This document shows positions 13,130 to 24,900 of a stretch of 64,000 nt of DNA, one piece after another (positions within the stretch are counted from its first letter, which is position 1; each line of letters begins with the position of its first letter). A model generated the notes under the pieces. That model made no database searches and was not told the origin of the DNA. It saw nothing but the letters and a program-made list of their open reading frames with translations. Both the position numbers and the translations under genes were made by a program. Source of the stretch: Hemiscyllium ocellatum (taxonomy: Eukaryota); assembly GCF_020745735.1 (NCBI RefSeq), contig NC_083412.1, positions 35,777,181 to 35,841,180 of the forward strand, read 5' to 3'.

Positions 13130-15425
13130 AGGTTGAATGCACAACTGCAAGGACAGTTGTGGAAGGGCAACAAATGCTGCTGTGCCAGACAAAAACAAAA
13201 GGCGATGGAATTGCATGGCTGCTTAAAGAGGAAGCTAACACAATAATGAAGAAATTAATGACCTCTGATAATGTGGAATCTGTATGGGCAGAGTTGAGAA
13301 GCACCAAGGTGGAAGAACACATTCGTGGATGTTTTATATGGACCCCCAAACTATGGGGCAATGTTGAGTTTAGTATTAAACATGCAACAAAAGAAGATTT
13401 GCAATTATGGGTGACTTTAATCTGCATACAGATTGGGGAAATCAAATTCATATCAGTACAACAGAAGAGGAATTCCTGGAGTATATACAGGATGGTTTTA
13501 CGGTACAATATGTGAAGGAATCAATTGGAGAACAGAATTTCCTAGATTAGGTACTCTATACAATGAGAAAGGAATAATTGACAGTCTCGTTGTGCGAAGT
13601 CCAAAGGGATGAGTGACTATAATATCACAGAATTCTTCATCAAGGTGCAGATTAGTGTCATTGATTCTGAGACTATAGTTCTGAATCTAAATAGAGGAAA
13701 TTATGATGGTGTGAGGCATGAATTGGCTATGACGGATTCAGGAACATTACTAAAGGGATGACAGTGGCAAAGCAATGGCAAACATCCAAAGAGTGCATGA
13801 GTAAGCTGCAACAACTGTTCAGTCCTGTCTGGTGCAAGAGTAAAACTGGAAGGGGTATCAAATCATTACTTCAAGAGAAATTAAAGATAGTATTAGATCC
13901 AAGGAAAAGGCATACAAATTGGCTTGGAAAAGACAACAGACATGTGAAATGGAAGCATTTTAGAATTCAGCAAAGAAAGACACAGGGATTGATTTAAAAA
14001 TGGAAGATTGAGTACCAGAGTAAGCTTGGGCGGGGACAAAAACTGACTGTAAATGTTTCTATAGCTACGTGAAGAGAAAAAAAGATTGGTGAAGATTATA
14101 AGGTCCCTTACAATCAGAAACAGGCGAATTTATAATTGGGAACAAAGAAATAGTTGGCCATTAAATAGTTGTTCTGTCCTCACAAAGGAGGACATAATTC
14201 ACTGCAGAAATGTTTGGGAACACAGGGTTTAATGAGAGGGAGGAACTAAAGGAAATCAGTATTAATAGGGAAATTGTGTTGGAGAATTTGATCGATTGAA
14301 GTCCAATAAATCTCCAACATCTGATGACTTACATCACAGACACTTAAGGAAGTGATTCTTGAAAAAGTGGTCATTTTTGATGATTCTATAGCCTCTGCAA
14401 CAGTTCTTTCAGGTTGTAACCCCTGTATTTAAAAAGAGAGATAGAGAGAAAACCAGGAACTACAGACCATTCAGTATGGCATGAGTCCATTGTAAAACAT
14501 TTACTCACAGAACACTTGGTAAACAGTAGCATGATAGGATAGAGTCAGCATGGATTTATAAAAGGGAAATCATGCTTGACAAATCAACTGAAATTCTTTG
14601 GTGGATGTTATTAATTGAGTTGAGGAGGGCGAGCCAGTGAATGTGGTTTATTCGGACTTTTAGAAAGCTTTCAAAAAAATTCCAAGGGATTGGAGGTAGT
14701 GCTTTGAGATGGATAGAAAACTAGCTCGAAGACTGAAAACAAAGAGTAAGAATAAACGGTTCTTTTTCTGAATGCAGGCAACGATTAGCACCACAGGGAT
14801 CAATTCTAGAACCCTAGTTATTCATAACACTAATTATTTATATGAGGGAACTAAATGTAATATCTTCAAGTTTGTAGACAAGTTGAAGCAGGTGCAAGGA
14901 TGACCTTTGAGAGTTGCAGGGATCCTTCAAAGTGATTTGGACAAATTCAGTAAGTGGTGAAATATATAGTAGATGCAGTATGATCTTGATAAATATGAAG
15001 TTAACCATTTTGTTGGCAAAAACAGGAAGGCAGGTTATCTGAATGGCTATTAATTGAGAGAGTGGAGTGCAATAAAAGACCCAGGTGTTCTTAGTTAACT
15101 AGTCACTGAACGTAAGCATGCAGGTGCGGCAGGTCGTAAAGAAGGCAAATAGTATTGTTGGTTTTCATAGCAAGATAATTTAAGTATAAAGACATGGATG
15201 TCCTGCTGCAATTATTCAGGGTTTTGGTGAGACCACACCTGCAAAATTGTGTGAAATTTTGTTCTATTTATATTGGATATTGGATATAGCACTTTGGACA
15301 AAAGAGCCCAACGGAAATAGGGGATAAATGGAGACAGGCTACCGAGTTGGATGATAATCGTGAATGGTGAAACAGGCTGAAAGGGCCAAATAGCCAATCT
15401 CTGCTCCTAGATTTCATGTTTCAAT
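13130..15425 (+). mobile_element. old degenerate CR1 LINE ORF2 (endonuclease to RT to 3' end)
   Basis: VESVWAELRS, GDFNL-like and cagcatggattt...tcatgcttgacaaatc (QHGF...SCLTN) remnants; many stops and frameshifts. Confidence 0.8.
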
Positions 15426-15469
15426 GATGCCCACATCGCATAAAAGTTTTTTTTTGAAAATGGATACCT

Positions 15470-16032
15470 ACATTGTGGAAGCAGACCATTCAACCTAACA
15501 AGTCCACACCAACCCTCCAAAGACTCACCCCCCTACCCTGAATTTTCCATGGCCAGTCTACCTAACCAGCACGGTGGCACAGTGGTTAGCCCTGCTGCCT
15601 CACAGCGCCAGAGACCCAGGTTCAAATTCCCCCCTCAGGCAACTGTCTGTGTGGAGTTTGCACATTCTCCTCGTGTCTGCGTGGGTTTCCTCCAGGTGCT
15701 CCGGTTTCCTCCCTCAGTCTAAAACTGTGCAGTTTAGGTGAATTGGCCATGCTAAATTGCCACTAGTGTTAGGCGAAGGGGTAAATGTTGGGGAATGTGT
15801 CTGGGTGGGTTCCTCTTTGGAGGATCAGTGTGGACTTGTTGGGCCGAAGGGTCTGTTCCCACACTATAAGTAATCTCTAATCTTTGCGCTGTGGGAGGAA
15901 ACCAGAGCTCCCAGAGGAAACCTACACGGAAATCAAGTGAAAACTCCACACAGCCAGTCACCCAAGGGTGGAATCAAACTCAGATCATTGACACTGTGAG
16001 ACAGCAGTGCTAACCACTGAGCCACTATGCTG
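15470..16032. mobile_element. HE1-type tRNA-derived SINE (+, ~15568-15882) nested in an older minus-strand copy
   Basis: Head gcacggtggcacagtggttagc...ggttcaaattcc (Pol III A/B-box-like), body gtggagtttgcacattctcc, tail ccgaagggtctgtt...taatct. Confidence 0.85.
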
Positions 16033-16050
16033 GGTTATTTATCGTGCCAG

Positions 16051-16208
16051 GCAAAAGTGAGGACTCTGGAAACCAGAGTTTAGATCAGAGTGGTGCTGGA
16101 AAAGCACAGCAGGTCAAGCGGCATCCGAGGAGCAGGAAAATTGACGTTTTGGGCAAAAACCCTTCATCAGGAATTCCTGATGAAGGGCTTTTGCCCGAAA
16201 CGTCGATG
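16051..16208. mobile_element. family A insert with 13-bp TSD and two head-to-head hammerhead-like cores
   Basis: TSD tttat(c/t)gtgccag at 16038-16050 and 16209-16221; perfect palindrome cccttcatcaggaattcctgatgaaggg. Confidence 0.8.
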
Positions 16209-16210
16209 TT
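16170..16210 (+). ncRNA. putative minimal type I hammerhead ribozyme motif
   Basis: CUGAUGA (16177-16183), A, stem II GGGC-UUUU-GCCC, GAAA, self-complementary ACGU helix III, GUC cleavage triplet. Activity untested. Confidence 0.6.
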
Positions 16211-16614
16211 TATTGTGCCAGTTTACTGATACACATCCCTTCGTATAGGGTCAGAGGGTTTCTATGCATAACACGGAACAAGATCAAACACATAACACAG
16301 AGATTTTGCTCTGTGTGCGTGTGTGTGTGTGGTGTCTCCATGTTAAATGTTTGGAGGCTGTAAGGGAATGAGAAGGAGGGGAATGAAGGGGAGAAATCAC
16401 ATGTTTGATGTGCATCTGAACACAGTGATCAGAACAGCATTGTAAGGGTTCAGTTGAATTATATGCAACATCCCATTCAGCATGGACTACATGTTATTAA
16501 CAGCAGAACACAAAGTGTTGGTGGGGGGTTGTTTCTCGGTCTGGGGGCCTGTGACCAGCAGTATTCTACAGGGATTGGTGCTTGGTCAACTTTTATTTGT
16601 CATTTATATAAATC

Positions 16615-18380
16615 ATTTAGTGTCATCTGCAAACTCACTAATCATGCCTTGTAAATTCTCATCCAAATCGTTGATATAAATAATAAACAGCAATGGGCCC
16701 AGCACTGACCACTGAAACACTCCACGAGTCACAGCCTCTGACAAGCATCCTTTCATTATTGCCTTCTGCTTCCTACCATCAAGCCAATTGTGTATCCAAT
16801 TTTCCAGCTCCCCCTGGATTCCATGTAATCTAATCTTCCAGAGCAGCCTACCATGTGGAAACTTATCAGAGGCCTTACTGAAATCCATATAGACTACATC
16901 TACTGCCCTGCCCTTATCAACTTTCTCAGTCACTTCATCAAAGAACTCGTACAAATTTGTGAGACACGATCTCCCACACATAAAGCCATGCTGACTATTC
17001 CTAATCAAACCTTGCCTTTCTAAATGCATGCATATCTTATCTCTCAGAATCTACTTAAGTAATTTACCTATCACAAATATTAGGCTTACAGGTCTGTAGT
17101 TCTCAGGTTTTTTCTTTGCAGCCCTTCTTGAATAAGGGCACAACATTTGCCACCCTCCAGTCTTCTGGAATCTCAACCTGTGGCTAACAATAATGCAAAA
17201 ATATCAGCCAGAGTCCTTGCAATTTCTTCACTAGCATCTTGCACTGTTCTTGGATATATCGGTTTGGGACAAGGAGATTTGTCCATCTTCATGCATTCTA
17301 ATACATGTAACACATCCTCTACTGTAATATGGATTGTCCCCAAGATATGACCACTAACTTCACCAAGTTTCCAAGTCTTCATGTCTTTCTCCATGGTAAA
17401 CACAGAGGGGAAGTATTCATTGAGGTCCTCGCCCATCTCCCGCAGTTCGACACATACTTGTCCACTTTGGTTCTTGAGGGCTCCTATTTTCTCTCGAGTT
17501 ATTCTTCTTCCTTTAATATACTTAAAGAACCTCTTTGGATTCACCACAATCTTCTCAGCCAAGGCTATCTTTTCCCCACCTGCCTTTTCACCCTCCTGAT
17601 TTCCTTCTTCAGTAAACTTTTATACATTCAAACACCTCCAGGGATTCCCTTAATCCCAGTTGCCTATACCTGAGCCATCCCCCTTCTTTTGTCTGGTCAA
17701 AGTCTCAATATATCTTGTCGTCCAGAGTTTCCTATTCCTGACAACCTTGCGTTTCACCCTCACAGGAACATACAGACCTTGAACTCACTTCTAAAGGCCT
17801 CCCACTTGCTGGAGGTCCCTTTTCCTGCAAACAAACTACTACAATCAACCTCTGCAAGCTTCTGTCTAATTCCATCAAAATTCACCTTGCCCCAATTTAG
17901 AATCTGAACACGTGGACCAGTTTTATCCCTCTCCATAACTATTTTAAAATTATTGGAACTATGGTCACTGGTCCCAAAATGCTCTCCACTGTCACCTGTC
18001 CTGCCCCTTTTACCAAAAGTAGGTCAAATTTTGCCCTTCCCAAGTAGTATCCTCAAGATACTGCTTGAGGAAACTTTCCTGAATGTAATTAACAAATTTC
18101 ACCCCAGCTAAGCCCTTAACGCTCGACAGTCCCAGTCTATGTTAGGAAAATTAAAATCCCCCACTATAATAACCCTATTGCTCCTGCAAGACTCCCAGTC
18201 TCCCTGCATATTTGTTACTCTAATTCCTGTTGACTATTTGTGGGCCTATAGTACAACTGCATCCCCTTCTTATTTCTTCGCTCCACCTACGAAGCCTCAC
18301 TGGACGATTCTTCAGTTATTTTATTCTGATTACTGCTGTGATACTCACCTTAATAAAAAATGCAACTCCCTTTTTATTTT
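16615..18380 (-). mobile_element. CR1 LINE ORF2 fragment (endonuclease-RT), disrupted
   Basis: SQHGFMCGRSCLTNLYEFF...VYMDFSKASDKFPH...SVLGPLLFIIYINDL...FADDTK; NPKRFFKYIKGRR. Confidence 0.9.
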
Positions 18381-18385
18381 TTAAA

Positions 18386-18701
18386 TTAGATTCCCTACAG
18401 CATGGAAGCAGGCCCTTCGGTCCAACAAGTCCACACCAATCCTCCAAAGACCAACCCACCCACCAGACCCATTCCCCTACATTTACCCCGACTAATATGC
18501 CTAACACTAAGGACAATTTAGCATGGCCAATTCACCTAACTTGCACATCTTTGGACTGTGGGAGGAAACCGGAGCACCCAGAGGAAACCCACGCAGACAC
18601 GGGGAGAATGTACAAACTCCACACAGTCAGTTGCCTGACATGGGAATTGAACCCGGGCCTCTGGTGCTGTGAGGCAACAGTGCTAACCACTGAGTCACCG
18701 T
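18386..18701 (-). mobile_element. HE1-type SINE
   Basis: Reverse-complement match to the copies at 15568 and 51143. Confidence 0.85.
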
Positions 18702-19429
18702 TTCTCTGTCTATCCTTTTAACTGTGCCTTATTTATAATTTATACTACGAATCACTGTTAAGGTCATGCAACTTTTCTTTTTTATTGCTCTTTTTGTATC
18801 AAAGGTTTGTACCTTGGTACTTTGCACCTGAGATGGTGCCACGAGAGGTGAAATTGTGAATTTTTCAGTGTACTCTGGTACTTGTGTACTTGAGTACATG
18901 TGACAATAAAGGATATTCTATGCTGTTCTATTCTATTCCAGCACATGGAACTAGTCACCAAAGGCAGTAACCATACATTTGATAGGACACACCTGGTTAG
19001 AGAATGCAGAAGCTGGAATCCAGGTGGACAACCAGGAGGCCAGGGGAACACAGCAAGCCAGGCAACATCAGGAGGTGGAAAAGTCGACGTTCAGGTGTAA
19101 CCCAATGAGAGATAAAATGGGGAGGAAGGTTTTTGAGTGGAGTGTAACATAGGCATGCTCGGTAGCCCGTTTTCTGTACCATAGTAGACAAGCATGAGGC
19201 TGGAAGAACACAGCGACCCAGGCAGCATCAGGAGGTGGAGAAGCACTCACTGACGCTGCCGGGCATGCTGTGTTCTTCCAGCCTCCTGCTTGTCTGCTTT
19301 GGATTCCAACTTCCGCAGGTTTTCGTTTTGTCCCCAACCGAGTTTTCTGTCCCGTGGCTGCGCAGTATCAGCAACACGAAACACAAACACTTCAGGTCGA
19401 TCTCCCAGCCCTTTCGGCCTGAGGGGTTG

Positions 19430-19566
19430 GCCCCTGACTGCGCAGGCGCGCCAGCTGGGCGGGAATGGGGCGGGGCCTGCGCAGGCGCTGTGCCCTCAGG
19501 GACTCGGCGTCGGTCTATATCCCAGTGTGCGGGCAGTTGGTGCCGTCTTTCCGGTGAAAGTCCATC
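19430..19566 (+). promoter_or_regulatory. SOD1: SOD1 promoter / 5' UTR within a CpG island
   Basis: Two NRF1-like TGCGCAGGCGC sites (19439, 19478), GC boxes (19457-19463, 19467-19476), TATA-like CTATAT 19515-19520, ETS-like TTCCGG ~19549; directly upstream of the ATG. Confidence 0.75.
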
Positions 19567-19641
19567 ATGTCCGTTATGAAGGCGATTTGCGTGTTGAAGG
19601 GCACCGGCGACGTGACAGGCACCGTCTGCTTCGAGCAAAAT
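19567..19641 (+). CDS. SOD1: Cu/Zn superoxide dismutase exon 1
   Basis: MSVMKAICVLKGTGDVTGTVCFEQN then GTGAGT donor, phase 0. Confidence 0.95.
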
Positions 19642-22600
19642 GTGAGTTGCCCGGAGCCTGTTTGGCAGTGGGGTTGTTTTCCCCCGGCGCTTGGGGGGGG
19701 CTCGGGATCTGTCGTGGAGAGCGCCCGTCCTTCCAGGGCCTTTATCCCCCACCCACACTCCATCCCACCGTGTCCCCTCACCCCCTGTGTCCTCCCCATC
19801 AGCTGCAGAGCTGGACCAGGGCCCTCGCTGTGTTCCTACTGGGCAGAGCACCGATGCAGACTTTCCCTGTCTTATAGCGGCCTGTGTTTCGTTTCAAAAG
19901 TGCACGTCTTAGTCATCCTGTGTGACTGAGCACTGCTCTTTACACCCTACGCCCTATCCCTGCCATTGCTGTGTGTGTCTTTTTTTCGCTGTGTCATGGT
20001 TGCACCGCTACTTTGCCGCAGCTTGCAGCGAATTAACGTGGGCAATCCGATAACAATGTTTGTTTTGGGGAGATAGGGCAAGCGCTGCGAACATGTGAAG
20101 CGACAGCAACTTGTCTCTCGTCAATGGTTGTGTTGTAGAACCTGTGAGCTTTCGCGGGGTCGCTGACTTGGCGAGTTCATCCGGAATACCTTTTGGACTC
20201 TGTTTGTATGCATGCATGCCAATTTGTGAACCTAACAACAGCTGGCGGTGATGTTTTCTTCTGAAGGACTGCTTGCTTGTCAGAGCTTGGCACAAGTGTT
20301 TTAATTCATTCTGTTGGAAATGCGCAAGTACATGAGTTTGGCGCGTTTTTAAGATAGATGTGCATGTATGTATCCTTGCTTGGGATACCATCGCCTCCAA
20401 CTTGCCTTCTAAGGTATACCCATCCTGACTAAAGTCTCATTGCTTGTTGCGTTAACGAGTGATGGTTGTAGCAATGTAGAACGCTGCTTCTTAATTTAAA
20501 AATTAGGGGAATAACATTTAAATTAGAGACTCCAGTTGCACTCGAACTTAAAAGCAGGAAGTGTTATTGTAGAGATTTGTGCGCATAACAGGTGTGCTGT
20601 CCTGCAGATTGCTGAGGCCTTATCTGTCGTTCCTAAGTTGCGGGGCGGGAAGCAAGTTTTCCCTGTTCCCTAGCCAATATTTGTCGTTCAGCCAACGCCT
20701 GAAACGATATCTTTTAGTGTTTGTGTGAGCTTGAGCTTGCTTTCTGTAAATTTACTGTGCTGCATTTCGTAAGAGTGAAAGTGCACATATTTGTTTTTCA
20801 AGTGGTCAAAGCACAGGCTTGTTTATACGGTGGAAGAATCATAACCTCCCTCTGGAAAACTAAAAACTGGTTTACCTCTTTATTTTCTGATTTTTTTTTC
20901 TCTGTAACTCTTGGTGAATGTAAACTTGGACTGAAGCCTGCACCCTGACCAGTTTTTCTTAATTTGAAAAATTGTAGCTGTAAATACAACTATTTCTTGC
21001 ATATGCAATTGAAACTATTTTTGGAGAAATTAAATACAAACAAAGTTATTATAATCAATTTTTAGTGGTTGAGGTGTAAGTAGATTTCATGCATACTTTA
21101 GCTAGTCAATAGTCTTGGAAATGATACCATGGTAAAATATTCCTGTAAACTTGCAAGAAACGAGCAGCTGTTAAGATGTGCTGTTGCACTGCAGCTGTAG
21201 ACTTCTGAAATCCCAAGGTGAGATTATTTGCCGCATGTTTGCCTCTCCATATTTAAATCCTGACTTTACTCCAGTGTTAGCATACCATAAGGAAGAGGAG
21301 CTGGAGTAGACCATGGCCTTTTCAATCTGCTGTGCTATTCATCAAGACTTTATTGCTCAACGCTATCTCCTTGCATTATCCGCATTCAAATGCTTCATAT
21401 ACAGAAACGTCTGTTTTCATCTGCATTGAATACACTCATCAAATGAGCATCCGTGGCCCTCTGTGGTAGAAAATTCTAAAGAATGGTGATGTTTGGGTTA
21501 TGAATTTTCTCCTGAATTTACAAGCCTAAATGGCCATTCACTTATTCGTGAATGTGACCTTGTGTTCTAGCATTCACTGTATTGAACCCCTTGAGAATGA
21601 TTTTGTTATGGGCCTAATTTACCACGCTTCTCATTGAACAGATCAACTGTACGATCTCTTGGCCAAGTATGTTATTCCTTTTGTAAGGAGAACAAAACAG
21701 CACAGACCACTAGAGTTGTGGACATGCCAATGCTCTATATTCAAAAATCTCTATCTTCACTTGTATCATCTTTCCTCTGCAGTACAAGGTCCTAATTGGA
21801 GGTGATGGGAATCATTCATGATGACACCATATTGAAGAAGTCTGTCCAAATACATTGACTATTGGATAACATTCAAGCTGGCAAAAAAATGTAAGCACTG
21901 ACTGGCACCAATAGGAGGATCTAGCTATTGACTGTGGCATTGCCATTGCTAAATTTCCCATATCAACGTGCTACGGTCTACCATTGACCAAAATTGAACT
22001 GGATCAGCTAGGAGCTCTTGTAGCACATTGGTAGTGTCCCTGAGTTCAAGCCCCACATGCTTCAACATGTCATCACGTGTTATCAATCTTCAAGCTCCTT
22101 CAACCTAACTCCACTTTTTGTCCATTTCATTCTTGAATTCTCCAATCTTCAGAGTCTTGAAATAATATTCACTGCTTTGTCAAATGCTTCTGAGAATCTA
22201 ATGCTCTATATCCACTGCTCCATCTTAGTAGTAGCACTCAAAAATATCTTTACTAATTTGTCAACACTTCCCTTTTATGAAGTCTGCTTATGCTGCTTCT
22301 TTATGCAATCTGTAAGGATCCTGTTGCTATGCTGAACTGGCTGAGGCATGATGACCCTATGGTTGAACCATCACCGGTGATCTCTAATGAGAGAGCACCC
22401 ATTTGTTCTTGGACTACGGTGACTTAGCTTTGGATGTTAGCTTTTTACTCAGACTTGTTTCCTAGTATGCAACTTCCAGTTTGTTTGCTAATAAAAGCAA
22501 AATACTACGCATGTTGGAAACCAGAAACAAACAGAAAAAGCCAGAGGAACTCAACATGAGGGAAATGAAATTGACATTTCAAGTCTGTCACAGCTTTAGA

Positions 22601-24624
22601 AAATATTGTGTGAGGAAGAGTCGTATTGAACTTGCAACATTACCTCTGCTTCTCTCTGCAAATTATGTCAGACCTGCTGAGTTTGTCCAGCACTTTATTA
22701 TTTTAGTTGGTTCTCTTCCTTTCTGAAATTGTTGACCACTTGAAGTCGTGCATTCTCATTTCAGTGGATTAATTCACTGCTACTGTTTTGACATTGTGAA
22801 ATGCTTAAAATTGATCTTTAGATGCAATAGACATGGCTGAGATTAGCTTGTGGTTTTTTTTTTGAAAAAAGCTGCAACTTCCAAAATTGTGGTTTAATTT
22901 TTGTACTAGAAAACCAAGGAGGGGAGTAAATAATGTTTTGGTTTGTTCCAGTGGTATTCAGTCCACCTCAGCATCTATTTGGTTTCAAATAGTTATTGCA
23001 TTCATTTTCGAAAAGGTACTGACCAGCCCTAATTCAATGGAAAATGAGAATCTGTAAGTTGGCATGTATGGATATGAACCGAATTCGAAATAAAAATAGT
23101 TATTGTTCAGGTTATTTTAACAACTAATTCAAATACTAAAAGCTTCCACTTTATTGTCTCTCTTCTAGCACATTAACACTAACCACAGATTTCTTATTAG
23201 TCGGCAAATGTACCTCATTCTCGAGTGTGGTTTTTATTTTCTCTTTAAAGAGTAAGGTGTAGTTTGATACTTCATCACTTAATGATTTAACTATAAATAT
23301 AATCTTTAAAATTGACAGGTCAGGAAGGAGCGAAACTGGAGTGTCTGTCCTTGTAAACGACAGTTAGTGGTAAGGCTACATGTTGGCAGTGAAGCTATTT
23401 ACATAGAAAAGCTTTAGGTTAGAAATATGATAGATTTATTTCATAAGACTAAAGGTACAGCTTAAGCAACAAAAGAGGATGTTTGGATTGTGTATAGTGT
23501 AAGTTCCATGGCACTCCACGCTGAGTGAAGAACTCTATCTTAAACATTGGATGTTTGGAGCTGGACATACAGGTATCGTGAGTCTCAATTTTAATTATGC
23601 ATAGAATCTTTGGTTTTGTAATTACAGCTGCTAAAATTAATAAGTTGGAGAGCAGATATAAACTTTAAGCGCCAGGTTTATTGTGTAATTTGCAGGCTAG
23701 ATTATGATACTAACACTGAAGTAATTACGATGAGGCTGAACATTAGTTGGTATTCTAATTAAGTGTTTGTGCTAAGAAATTTGCAAATGGTTATTTCACG
23801 TGAGTTCAATTTTCATTTGGGCTGAGATTATGGTGAAGATCCCACCTTCTCAACACTGAGGCATGTTAACCCTTGGTTAAAGTACCATCAATGGTGTGTA
23901 TCTATCATGAGCAGCCTGTGGTCTGCTCGGGCTATGGTGAATTTAACTTTATTGGTAATGTTAAGTTTGCAAGCTGTTACCTTAATTTAAGTAACATTTT
24001 GTAAATTATATATTGCCAATAGTCATTTTTGCTGTTACAATAAATAATCCTTTTTTTAGATGGGTTATTTTAGTTTGTTTTCAGATTAGCCTAACCAACT
24101 TTTGCTCATCAGTGTCGCACTTTCGTCATGTTCTTTGCAGGGAGAAGTAACATGCCTGTTTTAACGTGACAACAGGTAACAGATATTCTCTGGCTCATTC
24201 TTGGGGACATGCCTTGGCAAATCATTCTATCTGCTCTGATTTTAAATTTGTTTGACAGAATCTGACAATTGTTATCCAGTCAATGCATTGTCATATATTG
24301 GTTGTAGGCAGTGGTACTAAACTATTTAAACTCCGAACCATGGACAGAAATGTTTGACGATACACCGAGATTGAGATTTAAAATTAAAGAATTGAACCCC
24401 CAAAATGTCCAGGGTGTATGCAGCAGGTGTAATTTAAAGACCATTACCTAATCTGTCCAAAATCGTCTAATAGATTTGAAACTGCACATGAAATGGAAGG
24501 TTCTGAGAAAGGAAATGGAGATCGGGATCAAAGAGGGCATTGTAATGGTTCCCAAAAAGTTTCAGCGCAGTTGCAAAATATTTCAATTGTATAATATTGT
24601 GAAATTGGTTCTTTTTAGCCAAAG

Positions 24625-24900
24625 AGAAACTCAGGACTGCAGATGCAAAAGGCAGTCAAAAAATGTGGCACTGGAAAAGGCCCAGCAGGTCAGGCACCAT
24701 CCAAAGAGCAGGAGAGCAGACGTTTCTGGCATAAGCCCATCAGCAATGTGGAGGGGGAAGGAGCTTCAGATAAATAGTAGAGGGGGGCTGTGGGGAAGGT
24801 AGGTGGGATGGCAGTAAGTGATGTTTGATGGGTTGATGGGGAGGGTGGAGCAGATAGATGTAGTGTGAGGGTGAGTGGAAGTGGTTGGCCACAGTGGTGG
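24625..24900. mobile_element. Penelope-like 3' end fragment in SOD1 intron 1
   Basis: ggactgcagatgc...caggtcaggcaccatccaaagagcagg...ataagcccatcagcaatg followed by a G-rich tract, as at 52940-53230. Confidence 0.6.

Noticed and set aside
19567-19929. 120-aa ORF starting at the SOD1 ATG
   Set aside because: Only the first 25 codons are SOD1; the rest is read-through past the GTGAGT donor into intron 1.
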